From a virus, in the IMG/VR virus record IMGVR_UViG_3300035698_014689, positions 30,887-94,886 of that record: 64,000 nucleotides of DNA; one strand, written 5' to 3'. Below the pieces are notes generated by a model, which made no database searches, was not told the DNA's origin, and saw only the letters and a program-made list of their open reading frames with translations. The position numbers and the translations under genes were made by a program. Below, one piece after another: positions 29,152-38,421 of the stretch; position 1 is the first letter of the stretch; each line of letters starts with the position of its first letter.

Positions 29152-30114
29152 TCAGATAGATTGAATTTCCTTGATGACTTTACCAAGGCGCTTGTCAATA
29201 AACCACTCGACTAAAGAGCAGAAATCATCAGCAAAGGATAAGGTCTCGGCCTTCTTTTCGTCATACAGAAGAGGGCCACACTTTTCAACTACTTCAGGAT
29301 TGCATATATCGCTCAAAATCATAGGATATACGTTTGTCAAGTGTGAACAGATAACCATCCACCAACTATGACCGAATTCCTCCGCTGACTTGAAACCTGC
29401 TGACATCAATTTATCAGCCCTGTTTCTCCAGAAAATTTTCAGGATTTCTTTTCCCGCGAAAGTATGCTGATCGAGTGCTGTTATCATCATCCCGTCCTTC
29501 TTCTTATCACACACCTCAAATTGAATGGCATCCACTGGAGCCAGACATCCCTGACGTTCCGAGCACTCCAAGATGTAGGGAAGGAAAAGGGACTGCTTCT
29601 CATAATCCCACTTATTAAAACAACGTTCGCAAAAATCAACTAAATCAGCATCATACCCCAGCTCCCTATAAATACTGAAACTTCCCTCAAGCAAACCACG
29701 CTTCATAAGGTATTGCAACTCCTCGGGAAATTTCTTGGATAAAGCCGTTTCATTATTTGCATTATAAGCGAGGGAAGAGAGCTCACGGGACTTTGGAGCG
29801 CCACAGAGTGAAACGATCCACTGCTCTAATTCAGACCAGTTTTCTGAGTTGGGGTTCTTCTCCCATATTGGAGCGAATGTGGAGCAGACTCCAGCGCACT
29901 CCTCGAACATAATTGTCAACAGTCTGCGCCAAAGTGTGAAAGGATCATACAACCACACCATACGACCATATCGAACAGCGTCCTCAACGTTACCACGTCT
30001 AATCGCTTTTTGAACGGCGCTTTTGCAGGTATAAAGGGCGGACTTACTGGGTTTCTCAACATCCTTCCATTCAGGGAAGAGATAGGGCTGTACTTTTGTT
30101 TCTATCTTACTCAT
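29152..30114 (-). CDS. Protein with a MgsA/RarA C-terminal-like helical domain (no ATPase domain)
   Basis: KSAVQKAIRRG...LWRRL..I..EE and ALDQHT..G motifs. Confidence 0.65.
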   Translation of the reverse strand: MSKIETKVQPYLFPEWKDVEKPSKSALYTCKSAVQKAIRRGNVEDAVRYGRMVWLYDPFTLWRRLLTIMFEECAGVCSTFAPIWEKNPNSENWSELEQWIVSLCGAPKSRELSSLAYNANNETALSKKFPEELQYLMKRGLLEGSFSIYRELGYDADLVDFCERCFNKWDYEKQSLFLPYILECSERQGCLAPVDAIQFEVCDKKKDGMMITALDQHTFAGKEILKIFWRNRADKLMSAGFKSAEEFGHSWWMVICSHLTNVYPMILSDICNPEVVEKCGPLLYDEKKAETLSFADDFCSLVEWFIDKRLGKVIKEIQSI

Positions 30115-30149
30115 TTCATTCCTTACTTTATATGACGATCACACCAAAT

Positions 30150-30178
30150 AGGATAAACTCTGTACACTGAAATACAAG
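30150..30178 (-). promoter_or_regulatory. Putative promoter of the glycosylation-packaging operon
   Basis: CTTGTA-17 nt-TATCCT. Confidence 0.55.
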
Positions 30179-30937
30179 TCAGTCATCCGTTTTTGTTCTT
30201 GATATTGCGATGCTCTCTATTTTGCGTAATAGAAAGAACTGCTTGTCCGTGAGATAGCCTCTTTGCTCGAAGAAGTTAAGAAAATCAACAATGATTTTTC
30301 GTTCCTTCGTGTCCAACGCTTTACTCATAGAGTTAACAGCATCCAGCTTCTCCTTCACATCACTGCCAGCTTTTCGTAATGTGACAGGATCAATCAGCTC
30401 ATCACCCTCACGTTTCATCATAAGATATTTTCCGCACTTGTTATTAAATGCGGCGACTTGTTTGGTGGTTGGAGTCTGCCCCTCTTTAGCAATCTTTCTG
30501 TGGAGGTCGGACAAGAATGAATCCTCACTGCCGTTATCCAAAGTATATGAGCCATCGTTGAACTCACAGAGGTTCTTGAAAAACTCAGGTTCGGCCATTG
30601 ACAAGTCCTCAAGGAAAAACGCCAAGTCCTCCTCGGTGTCACCGTCTAATTTCGGTCTTCTTAATTTCTCATCCATCTCCTGACGAGCCTCCTCGGAGGA
30701 TAAGAACATAACATCCTTCAAAATCTGCTTGTATTGATCATCGGAAACAGTTTTCTCTAAACACTCCAAACAGAGCGTGACTGGAATCGCATCGTGGTCT
30801 GATTCATCTGAAACAAAATAGCAGGCGGCTGACAAGACAACTAGATCAAAACATGCCTCACATTTCAGTGACTTCTGTTTCACATTCATTTCAAGGACTT
30901 CGAGGCCCGTCAGAGCCTCAATCAATTCATTGCTCAT
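30179..30937 (-). CDS. Hypothetical protein with an N-terminal Zn-ribbon
   Basis: CEAC...CLEC motifs; strong RBS. Confidence 0.6.
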   Translation of the reverse strand: MSNELIEALTGLEVLEMNVKQKSLKCEACFDLVVLSAACYFVSDESDHDAIPVTLCLECLEKTVSDDQYKQILKDVMFLSSEEARQEMDEKLRRPKLDGDTEEDLAFFLEDLSMAEPEFFKNLCEFNDGSYTLDNGSEDSFLSDLHRKIAKEGQTPTTKQVAAFNNKCGKYLMMKREGDELIDPVTLRKAGSDVKEKLDAVNSMSKALDTKERKIIVDFLNFFEQRGYLTDKQFFLLRKIESIAISRTKTDD

Positions 30938-30954
30938 TTTCCAATTTCCTCCAA

Positions 30955-31335
30955 TTAAATAAAGTTTCTCCTGACTAACTGATCAGTCATCCAGATGATC
31001 TTCACTGGCTTATTCAACATAAAAACATGATCAATCATACCATCACGGGTAAGACGAATCTGCGTATAAAAACCATCAGTAGGAGCTTTTATCTCCGTGT
31101 GTAGAGCACCTATGGAATGATCCTCATCACGAAAGAATAAAAAACCCAGTCCGTGCAATCGAGTGCACTCGATCTTAGCCCTTTCCGCAAACTTCGGCCA
31201 CATCGCAATCTGTGACTCTGTTTTCGGAACGACTTTTTTTGGATAGGGATCAGCCAAAACTGCGAAATTCTCATCAACGGGTTTCGACGAATAAATCTGC
31301 ACACACTGACCATCTTTGTTCTTATATATTTTCAT
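30955..31335 (-). CDS. Hypothetical protein
   Basis: 126 aa with RBS. Confidence 0.55.
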   Translation of the reverse strand: MKIYKNKDGQCVQIYSSKPVDENFAVLADPYPKKVVPKTESQIAMWPKFAERAKIECTRLHGLGFLFFRDEDHSIGALHTEIKAPTDGFYTQIRLTRDGMIDHVFMLNKPVKIIWMTDQLVRRNFI

Positions 31336-31338
31336 TTT

Positions 31339-31794
31339 CTACTCCTCATACAAAACCTCACAAACCAAGCCCCTATTCGAAGAACTCGGACGTAAAACAC
31401 GAATATCTTTGACGAAACGTTCGCCATCAATCACCGTGACCTTTTCAAACGTTCTCAAAGTCAAAAGACAGATCAAACCAAAAGGGCGACTGTGCAGATA
31501 CCAGCCAGTTGCTCTATCATCTATTTTAGCATAACAGAACAGAGACTGGAATGGAGCACCATCACGTGTCTTCCAATCCTCGTAAACTTTAACGAGCTTC
31601 CCACCCTCGGAAAACAGTCTATCACCTTCAACTGGAAGGCGCTTACTCAGCTCCTCAAAAGAGACACCTGACTTTTTCAAACTCTCTCTGTCATTCGAAG
31701 AGGATATTCGATCAGTCTGTGACTCCACGAGCTTCGATTTCAACTCCTTTTCCGAAGTGATGCCAAGCTCCTCCATTACCTCTTCTTTTTTCAT
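31339..31794 (-). CDS. Hypothetical protein
   Basis: 151 aa; ATGA overlap with the upstream gene. Confidence 0.55.
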   Translation of the reverse strand: MKKEEVMEELGITSEKELKSKLVESQTDRISSSNDRESLKKSGVSFEELSKRLPVEGDRLFSEGGKLVKVYEDWKTRDGAPFQSLFCYAKIDDRATGWYLHSRPFGLICLLTLRTFEKVTVIDGERFVKDIRVLRPSSSNRGLVCEVLYEE

Positions 31795-32171
31795 CTTACC
31801 TCCAAATTCACAAATTTCAGATTCGGATCAAACCTAATGAACAAATCCTTAATATCCATGAGCAACAAATCCCTCCCCTTCAAGTCCCTGCCGTCATTCA
31901 CACTAGCGATCAGGAAAGTGATGCAGACATTATCTTCCTTGATGTCGGAGATAACTCCCAAGGGAGCCTGAGCCATATTCTCAATCCTCCAGCGGATTTT
32001 ATTTCCATTCGTCACTGTGAGCGGGAGAGGTAATTTGCATCTGCCGAAAAGATGTACCACGGATGGTATGTGCCTCGTATCAACAATGAAGACGTGAGTG
32101 TGAATTTCCCTCAACGCTGTGAACTCCTTCATCGATTTTATCTTGTCATCAATTGGTTTGAAATCATTCAT
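31791..32171 (-). CDS. Hypothetical protein
   Basis: 126 aa, coupled to its neighbours. Confidence 0.55.
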   Translation of the reverse strand: MNDFKPIDDKIKSMKEFTALREIHTHVFIVDTRHIPSVVHLFGRCKLPLPLTVTNGNKIRWRIENMAQAPLGVISDIKEDNVCITFLIASVNDGRDLKGRDLLLMDIKDLFIRFDPNLKFVNLEVR

Positions 32172-32391
32172 GGATACTTACCTTTATGTTGCGTTCCTCA
32201 TACTTTCTGAACTCCCACTGATAGCGTTTAAATAGTTCACACCCGCACCAAATAATAGTAACCCCATCTTTCGGCTTGGAAACAAAAGAGGAGTCGGGTT
32301 TTAACCCCTTCCTCTGACGTATCTGAATTTCGACATCTTTAATATCGAAATCCACGTCTTGCAACCAAAATGATGGAATCTCTTTTTTCAT
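32164..32391 (-). CDS. Hypothetical protein
   Basis: 75 aa, coupled to its neighbours. Confidence 0.5.
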   Translation of the reverse strand: MKKEIPSFWLQDVDFDIKDVEIQIRQRKGLKPDSSFVSKPKDGVTIIWCGCELFKRYQWEFRKYEERNIKVSIHE

Positions 32392-32771
32392 TTGATGTAC
32401 ACCACGAAATCTTTCCGTACACCAACGATCAGCATATCAGTGACAACCTTGGACTCGATTGTAACGGCTTCAACCCCTTCGGGGGGATCAGGAATCACAT
32501 CCTGCTCTAAAATCGCTGTCAGCTCTTTCATAACCTCAGATGCTACATCTTTAGAAGCACCAGTGCCCACGAAAGTTCCTGCAATCATTTTTTGATGCCT
32601 GCAATCATTACCTCTTGAAGAGTCGAACGGACAAGAGCAGTAGAGGTCGGAGCAGATGTACTTACGAGTTACTTTCTCGGCTTCCATCCTTGTCACGTCG
32701 CCTTTTTCAAAGATGTAGATTTCATCGAAGATTTCATACAGTTTTGAAATGTCAACCACTAACTTGCCCAT
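32388..32771 (-). CDS. SWIM zinc-finger protein
   Basis: CSCP......DCRH motif; start moved to the ATG with an AAGGAG RBS. Confidence 0.7.
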   Translation of the reverse strand: MGKLVVDISKLYEIFDEIYIFEKGDVTRMEAEKVTRKYICSDLYCSCPFDSSRGNDCRHQKMIAGTFVGTGASKDVASEVMKELTAILEQDVIPDPPEGVEAVTIESKVVTDMLIVGVRKDFVVYIK

Positions 32772-32805
32772 CTCGTTCTCCTTTGTTTGATTTGCCGTTA
32801 ATTGA

Positions 32806-33834
32806 TTACTTCTTCTCTTCAGCGAAGGCGGGGATGGTCTCAGCATCCGTTTTTTCGATCTTCAGCGTGATGCCAAAGGCCCGTTCGATGTTTTTAATAT
32901 GAAGGTCAGCCCTGTCAAGAAGCGCGTCCACAGGCTCTGCACCCTCTTTAACCAACGCCCCAGCAATGAAGTCAGTGGCAACGAGGTCTAACAAGTGGCA
33001 TGGCTTCTCACTCCCTGAAATCTTGGAAGCAAGTGCAAGAGCTGTTTCGATGTTCTTGTGTTGATCTTCGGTCAAGCTGAAAGTCATACGCTTGGTGAAA
33101 TCTGTGACAGGTGCTTTTCCCTGAGCGGCTTTTACCATCGCATTGATTTCTACAACAGTCTTGTCCTCAATCTTTTTGAGCCATGCTTCCCAGTTGTCGA
33201 TAGTCAGGACAGGCAGAAGCTCCTTGGCTTTCGACCATTCCAAATCCTTCAACACTTCAATCGGAAGTCCGAGCTCAACAACGAATTTTTCGTAAATCTG
33301 AATCAGATAATACGCCTTCCGTCTTTTGAACTCAAGCTCTTTTTCAATGTAATCGTTGAAGCAATCAAAGCCCCAGTCACGCCAGTAATTTCTTTTGGCG
33401 ATTTCATAGAGAAGCTCACCCTGAACCAATCCTAGTCGGTCGGTCATTACTTTTGATGTTATTGCGGCTTCCCTGACAGCTTGAGAGCGTTCGACCAAGC
33501 TCAGACCTTTATTCGGAATACCTGTGAGAGTCAAGGCATCGTTGTCCCACAGCTTACGAGCGACCACCGGAATCATAATATCGTCGAGGGCCTCCTCAGT
33601 TTTCGGAGGGGGAGTGTCAGCAGGGGGATTCTCTTTGGGAATCTCAGTGTCAACAGGATCAACGATTTCAGGCTCTATGGCCTTGGTTTCTTTTTTCGGA
33701 GCTGATTTTTTTGGAGCAACCTTTTTCACAACCTCTTTTTTCGCAGGTGCTTTTTTGGGAGCATCTTTTTTGACTGTCTCTTTTTTTGCGGTGGACTTCT
33801 TTGGAGTCACTTTCTTTTCTGTCTTGGTAGTCAT
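32806..33834 (-). CDS. DNA-binding protein: histone-H1-like Lys-rich tail plus DUF3102-like HTH
   Basis: KKxxxKK repeats; GELLYEI...W..WGF..F.DY...EL.....AY.LI motif. Confidence 0.65.
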   Translation of the reverse strand: MTTKTEKKVTPKKSTAKKETVKKDAPKKAPAKKEVVKKVAPKKSAPKKETKAIEPEIVDPVDTEIPKENPPADTPPPKTEEALDDIMIPVVARKLWDNDALTLTGIPNKGLSLVERSQAVREAAITSKVMTDRLGLVQGELLYEIAKRNYWRDWGFDCFNDYIEKELEFKRRKAYYLIQIYEKFVVELGLPIEVLKDLEWSKAKELLPVLTIDNWEAWLKKIEDKTVVEINAMVKAAQGKAPVTDFTKRMTFSLTEDQHKNIETALALASKISGSEKPCHLLDLVATDFIAGALVKEGAEPVDALLDRADLHIKNIERAFGITLKIEKTDAETIPAFAEEKK

Positions 33835-33884
33835 TCTGATTTCCTTCTCTTTGCTTTTAAATTACATACTTCCTAAAACGATAA

Positions 33885-33913
33885 ACCATACTACATAATC
33901 ACATTTTTTCAAG
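33885..33913 (-). promoter_or_regulatory. Putative promoter
   Basis: CTTGAA-17 nt-TATGGT. Confidence 0.55.
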
Positions 33914-34178
33914 GCTCTTTTTATCTTTCCTCCTATTTATTCGAGAAACTGTTTCCATCTAAAATTTCACATGCAGTTAATCGAGACCATATTCCTGAGC
34001 TTCAGATCAGAAAAAGAAATGAGCTTTTTGACTTCAGCCTTTTTCACTTCCTTCGAAGCCTCGGGATTCATCATGCAGAAATTACCAAACAACAAATTCA
34101 ACATTTCCTTCCTATTCATTTTCTATTTCCTCCAATTTAAAAAACATTTGAAAAGGAACCATTCCCCTTCACATCAAT

Positions 34179-34222
34179 AAAATAGACTTAATGGGGCGTA
34201 AGTCAAGTGCAATTGAGTGCAA
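34179..34222 (-). promoter_or_regulatory. Putative promoter abutted by a copy of the 16-bp motif
   Basis: CTTGAC-17 nt-TATTTT; the motif at 34207-34222 touches the -35 element. Confidence 0.6.
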
Positions 34223-34237
34223 TTATTCTTTTATTTT

Positions 34238-34780
34238 TCAAATCAAACTTAATTTGAGTGTGTGCTTCGTGTCAAAATTTGCGTATTTAGAACGAATTCT
34301 TCCTTTTTTACCGCAAAGACAGACTTGCGGAACGAAGGATTTCGAAAACAATTGATCAGGAACAACTTTATTTATATACAGTGAATAACGGTAATACATC
34401 ACCTTCTGAATATAAGCGAAGGAACGATCCCCGCCAAAGCGATTAAACGTCCCCTTGACATCCACAAAGATAAACTCATCAAAACGCAGGCCGTGGAATA
34501 GGCGGGAGAGTTTTTCTGTCGGGCAGAGAACAAAGTCAACCGTATAACGCCACGGCTGGAGAAGTGTTTTCTCAACTATTTTCACCTTGGTTTTCAACTG
34601 CTTCTCTTCAGTGAAAGTGGCACGGGGCGTAAGCTCAAACGGCTCAGGGTGATACTCAAACCACGCTAGTAGTTCAAGCTCCTGAGCCTCCTTACACCAG
34701 TGATAAAATTCAAGCTCCAAGTCGGAATCGAATTCAATATCATCAGCTATTACTTTGGGCTTCGACTGCTTCCCACTCAT
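34238..34780 (-). CDS. PD-(D/E)xK endonuclease (DUF1064/T7 endonuclease I-like)
   Basis: FDS.LE..FY, YTVDF and VDVKG motifs. Confidence 0.75.
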   Translation of the reverse strand: MSGKQSKPKVIADDIEFDSDLELEFYHWCKEAQELELLAWFEYHPEPFELTPRATFTEEKQLKTKVKIVEKTLLQPWRYTVDFVLCPTEKLSRLFHGLRFDEFIFVDVKGTFNRFGGDRSFAYIQKVMYYRYSLYINKVVPDQLFSKSFVPQVCLCGKKGRIRSKYANFDTKHTLKLSLI

Positions 34781-35333
34781 ATTTATATACCTCCACGTAA
34801 GTCGATGGCACTCCGTTCTCCAACACACCACTGATCTTATCTTTTTTGATCTCGTCCAGCTGAGTGAAATAATTCGAACAGCCCGCTCTACGAATATAGA
34901 GGCTGTTATCTAGGCAACCCTCAATCCAATTAACAAAACCCGCTCCATCTACTGGGAAAGATGCCATAACCTCCATTCTCGTATCGTGCAATTGTGCGTG
35001 CAATTGTTTGCACATCTCAACATTACCTATTCCCACTTCAACAGGATCTAATATATCCTGAAAACGTAACGCCACACGCTTCAAAACCAGATAACCAATT
35101 ATATCAAATTCAGTGTCTTCATTGCCGTAATCTCCCCCCTTTAAGATACGATTGAACTTATCATCCAGTCGCACATTGATCTGCTCCAACGCATCTGATT
35201 TAGCGAACATCCGCAACGGCTGAAGGGCGGAATTGCCATAACTCTTATTCTTCTCCAACAACATCTCTTTCACCCCGTCACATTCCTCAGCTATCAACGT
35301 CTGGGCGAGCTTCTGTTCATCTGGCTTATCCAT
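34743..35333 (-). CDS. DUF1599 / nucleotide-modification-associated domain 1 protein
   Basis: LLEKNKSYGNS...VRLDDKFNRI...EDT..DIIGY motif. Confidence 0.75.
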   Translation of the reverse strand: MDKPDEQKLAQTLIAEECDGVKEMLLEKNKSYGNSALQPLRMFAKSDALEQINVRLDDKFNRILKGGDYGNEDTEFDIIGYLVLKRVALRFQDILDPVEVGIGNVEMCKQLHAQLHDTRMEVMASFPVDGAGFVNWIEGCLDNSLYIRRAGCSNYFTQLDEIKKDKISGVLENGVPSTYVEVYKYEWEAVEAQSNS

Positions 35334-35611
35334 TTTTTGGACTCCTTATATTTGATTTCTCCATCCTCAATATACTCAAGAAAACAACGACTGTTTCTCC
35401 AACCAACTATCACTATTGAATCTTCAAAAACACCCGAATGCAATCCATTAGTACCCTCGATGAAAATCCTACTGTGGCAATTAGGACAAAGTTGTACACG
35501 ATTAAAACGTCTATTTGAGCCTCCGAATTCCACAGGAATAATGTGATGATTATGAATACTCTTCCTTACATCAGTCTCGTGAGAACACAGATAACAGTTA
35601 TACCTTTTCAT
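35294..35611 (-). CDS. HNH endonuclease
   Basis: CYLC...HHIIP...GG.N...N...LCPNCH. Confidence 0.85.
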   Translation of the reverse strand: MKRYNCYLCSHETDVRKSIHNHHIIPVEFGGSNRRFNRVQLCPNCHSRIFIEGTNGLHSGVFEDSIVIVGWRNSRCFLEYIEDGEIKYKESKKWISQMNRSSPRR

Positions 35612-36317
35612 GTTTTTTCTTCAGTGTGTTTGAAATTTTGAGTCTGTGTTCTGATATCTTCAATAACCTAGATCTACGTGGTTCATTCGCCTCTTTCAAT
35701 AATCTATTTATCACAGGCTGAGTAACACCGAAAACAGAACCTATCTCACCGATGGTCTTCTCCCCTTTCCTATATAAACAAAGGATTTTAAATGTGTCAA
35801 AATGAGTGAATTTAATCTTCCGTGCATCACCGTTCTTCTTTATGGCTTCCTCTGTATGAAGTGCTTTATATGCATCACGTTCAATACTTGCTTTGCCTAT
35901 CTTCTCTTTTGCTGCATTACTTACTGCGTGACCTAATGCAGAAAAACGCATTCTCTCTTTGGTAGTCTCGGAACAAGGTCTACCAATCAAAGAAGCAACT
36001 ACCTTCCTTCTCATATTAGATTGCTCTGATTTACTCAAAGAAGAAAACACATCGCCCCCCTCTCCACCCTCTGCTAAATTGTAATTACCGTATTTGCGTG
36101 AGGCCCTTAACTTCTTTATCCAAAATTTCTCTCTCTCATTCAAAGTCTCTACTGAAGAACAGCGCTCTAAAATAACCTTAACAAAAGAGGCTCTTCCGTA
36201 TTTTTTAAGGGCGCACAAAAAGATACGGCCTGAACCTAAATAATTCGGATTATCGTTCGTATCTTTTCCGACATAAAACTTTCCATTAAATGTATTGACT
36301 GTCTTATATATAACCAT
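35598..36317 (-). mobile_element. Free-standing GIY-YIG homing endonuclease (Seg-like, NUMOD3-like repeats)
   Basis: VIYKTVN..NGKFYVGK...YLGSG...YNLAEGGEGG; own GAGGTG RBS before the ATG at 36317. Confidence 0.85.
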
Positions 36318-36365
36318 CTGATTCACCTCTTTACATATAATACACTTGAAAACACTGGAAACAAA

Positions 36366-36497
36366 CGGACAGCAGAATAATCTGTTCCATGACTTATCAG
36401 AACCTCCCAGCTCAACTGGAATGATGTGATGATTTGCGACATACGATCTATGATCCGTCTCATAATCACAGTCTGGTATTTCACACTTAAATCTCAT
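36366..36497 (-). pseudogene. Orphan 5' half of an HNH gene, in frame with the GIY-YIG gene
   Basis: ...NHHIIPVELGGSDKSWNRLFCCP aligns with the first ~43 aa of the HNH at 35294-35611 and stops before NCH. Confidence 0.7.
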
Positions 36498-37398
36498 CGA
36501 ATTCCTTCCCCTCCATCAAGAAGCAACGATCACGAAAGAGGCAACCCTTGGCTCTCTCACACTCGATTGTTTCGCACTTGCGTTTCCCATAAAGTTTCGT
36601 TTCAGCAATGCCCTTCCATACATGACCAGCCTTCTCAGCAATCTCTAAAAGAATGTCCGATTCCATCTCGTAAAAGAATGATCCAATAGCGAAATACTGA
36701 CGATCAAGGTAAAGGAACCATGTCTTTGCATCCTTCTTGACAAGTCCCATTGCTTTCGCCATTTCCTGATACTTGGTAGCCTGCCAGCGATAATAAACAG
36801 GGAGCGATTTCGTCTTGACTACCTCGCTATATCCAGTCGTTCCTGTAGACTTCAATTCAAAAATAACAAGGTCTTCATCAAGTCCCTCAAGTGGCTCATC
36901 CTTCAGGAAAGCGGCAAGACGATTCAAACAGATAAGCCCGTCAATATGCCCTTTGATCCCCAGCTCTAGGTCTGTCACTATATACTCTATATAGTGAAAG
37001 TATTCAGTCTCCCCGCAACTGCATTTTTCGGGGAAATAACAGTCTTTGTGCATCTTCAAACAATTTAGACAGGCCCACGTTCCCTTGAGAATACGCATCG
37101 GCCCGAGAATCTTATCCTGCAAACACGTGTGCAAATCCGTGCCGTTATCCATGAACATAGTGGATTGAAAAGACCCCTTCACATCTATCGTCGTTTCCTC
37201 TTTATGCAGAACGTGCATGAATATCTGTTCACGTGGACACATATCACATAGTTGAGAAACCCTCAAGACCTTGGGAGCGACTATTACCTTCTTCTCAATC
37301 TTGTAGAATTTTTTGATTGCTTTCGCCAGTGTGCCCTCAACACCATCCGACTTTTTCCCACCAGCAGTGCTCCTCTTCAATAGCTTACTCATTTTCAT
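36487..37398 (-). CDS. Cas4/RecB-like PD-(D/E)xK exonuclease
   Basis: CPR, GT.LH, GHIDG, ELKS, Q..Y and C-terminal C...C.F...C motifs. Confidence 0.85.
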   Translation of the reverse strand: MKMSKLLKRSTAGGKKSDGVEGTLAKAIKKFYKIEKKVIVAPKVLRVSQLCDMCPREQIFMHVLHKEETTIDVKGSFQSTMFMDNGTDLHTCLQDKILGPMRILKGTWACLNCLKMHKDCYFPEKCSCGETEYFHYIEYIVTDLELGIKGHIDGLICLNRLAAFLKDEPLEGLDEDLVIFELKSTGTTGYSEVVKTKSLPVYYRWQATKYQEMAKAMGLVKKDAKTWFLYLDRQYFAIGSFFYEMESDILLEIAEKAGHVWKGIAETKLYGKRKCETIECERAKGCLFRDRCFLMEGKEFDEI

Positions 37399-38054
37399 AA
37401 TTGTTCACTCATCCCTTTTGCTTCTTCATACAAAATAATATCGAAGTTATTCAATCTCTCAGTTCGCATAAAACAACGAGCACCCTTAGAAGATAAGTCA
37501 TCATCATACCCGCCACAATTCTCATTGATAGTGACGGGAGTAACGACACTGAGCTCCTTTGCCCAACTCGAAAGGTACGTCTCAAGATTCTCACATATTC
37601 CAACACGATTAAATGTTTTTAATCTCTTGATAGCAAGCCTCAAATCAGAGAGATCAAGAGGCTCCTCGTCCAACTTCCCACAAATCCTACGAGTCTGTAT
37701 ATTGCCAAAACGCTCACCATACTTATCAAGGAATGCTGAGTAGTCCATATTGCCAAATTGCTTGAAGATAGGTGAACCCGCCCTTGAAGTGACATGTTTA
37801 TACTGGCTATAGAATCTATCAAGAGGGTTTCTCAGAACAGTCTCATACAAAGGCTCACAACCCAACTCACTGTGAACGCCATAAAAAACGTGTCCATGTG
37901 CGATCAAGTACTTATTCTGATAACGTTTCAACTCCAGCATACTACGATTCAGATCATGGCTTAATACCCTGAAATACATCCGTCCCAACGCCTTCTCAAA
38001 GAACCTCCGAACGGATGTTCCTCCAGCCTTTTCCATATGTAAGTTAATTATCAT
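37395..38054 (-). CDS. Sulfotransferase family protein
   Basis: LHMEKAGGTS (5'-PSB loop) and LRNPLDRFYSQY (3'-PB) motifs. Confidence 0.88.
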   Translation of the reverse strand: MIINLHMEKAGGTSVRRFFEKALGRMYFRVLSHDLNRSMLELKRYQNKYLIAHGHVFYGVHSELGCEPLYETVLRNPLDRFYSQYKHVTSRAGSPIFKQFGNMDYSAFLDKYGERFGNIQTRRICGKLDEEPLDLSDLRLAIKRLKTFNRVGICENLETYLSSWAKELSVVTPVTINENCGGYDDDLSSKGARCFMRTERLNNFDIILYEEAKGMSEQL

Positions 38055-38421
38055 AATGCTCCTTCATTTCCTCAAATAAATTCAGGGGGATCACCGCGTA
38101 CTCTTTCTCAATGTTTTTGACCTCATTAAACCTGAGAACAATGACAGGCTCTTTCCCCGCACCATTCGCTTCATTGAGGAGCTTCCGCAACATCGCCACG
38201 TCGATCTTAATAGAACAGGCATCGGTTGACTTGAGATCGTAGAGAAAATCTTTCGTTTTGAAATCCCCCTTATGACCTGCAATCGCACCCGAACACGGGG
38301 TCTGAATAGCAGAGCAAAGCTTCGCCACCCTCTTCTCATTCCTGTTCGCCTTACGCTTGATACTTGGTCTGTTGCTGAAGTCATAGTGATTCACAATTTC
38401 TCCTCTAGGACGTACTCCCAC
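38044..38421 (-). CDS. Holliday junction resolvase-like nuclease
   Basis: E..VAK...PCSGA....KGD......DLKST motif. Confidence 0.7.
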   Translation of the reverse strand: MGVRPRGEIVNHYDFSNRPSIKRKANRNEKRVAKLCSAIQTPCSGAIAGHKGDFKTKDFLYDLKSTDACSIKIDVAMLRKLLNEANGAGKEPVIVLRFNEVKNIEKEYAVIPLNLFEEMKEHYDN

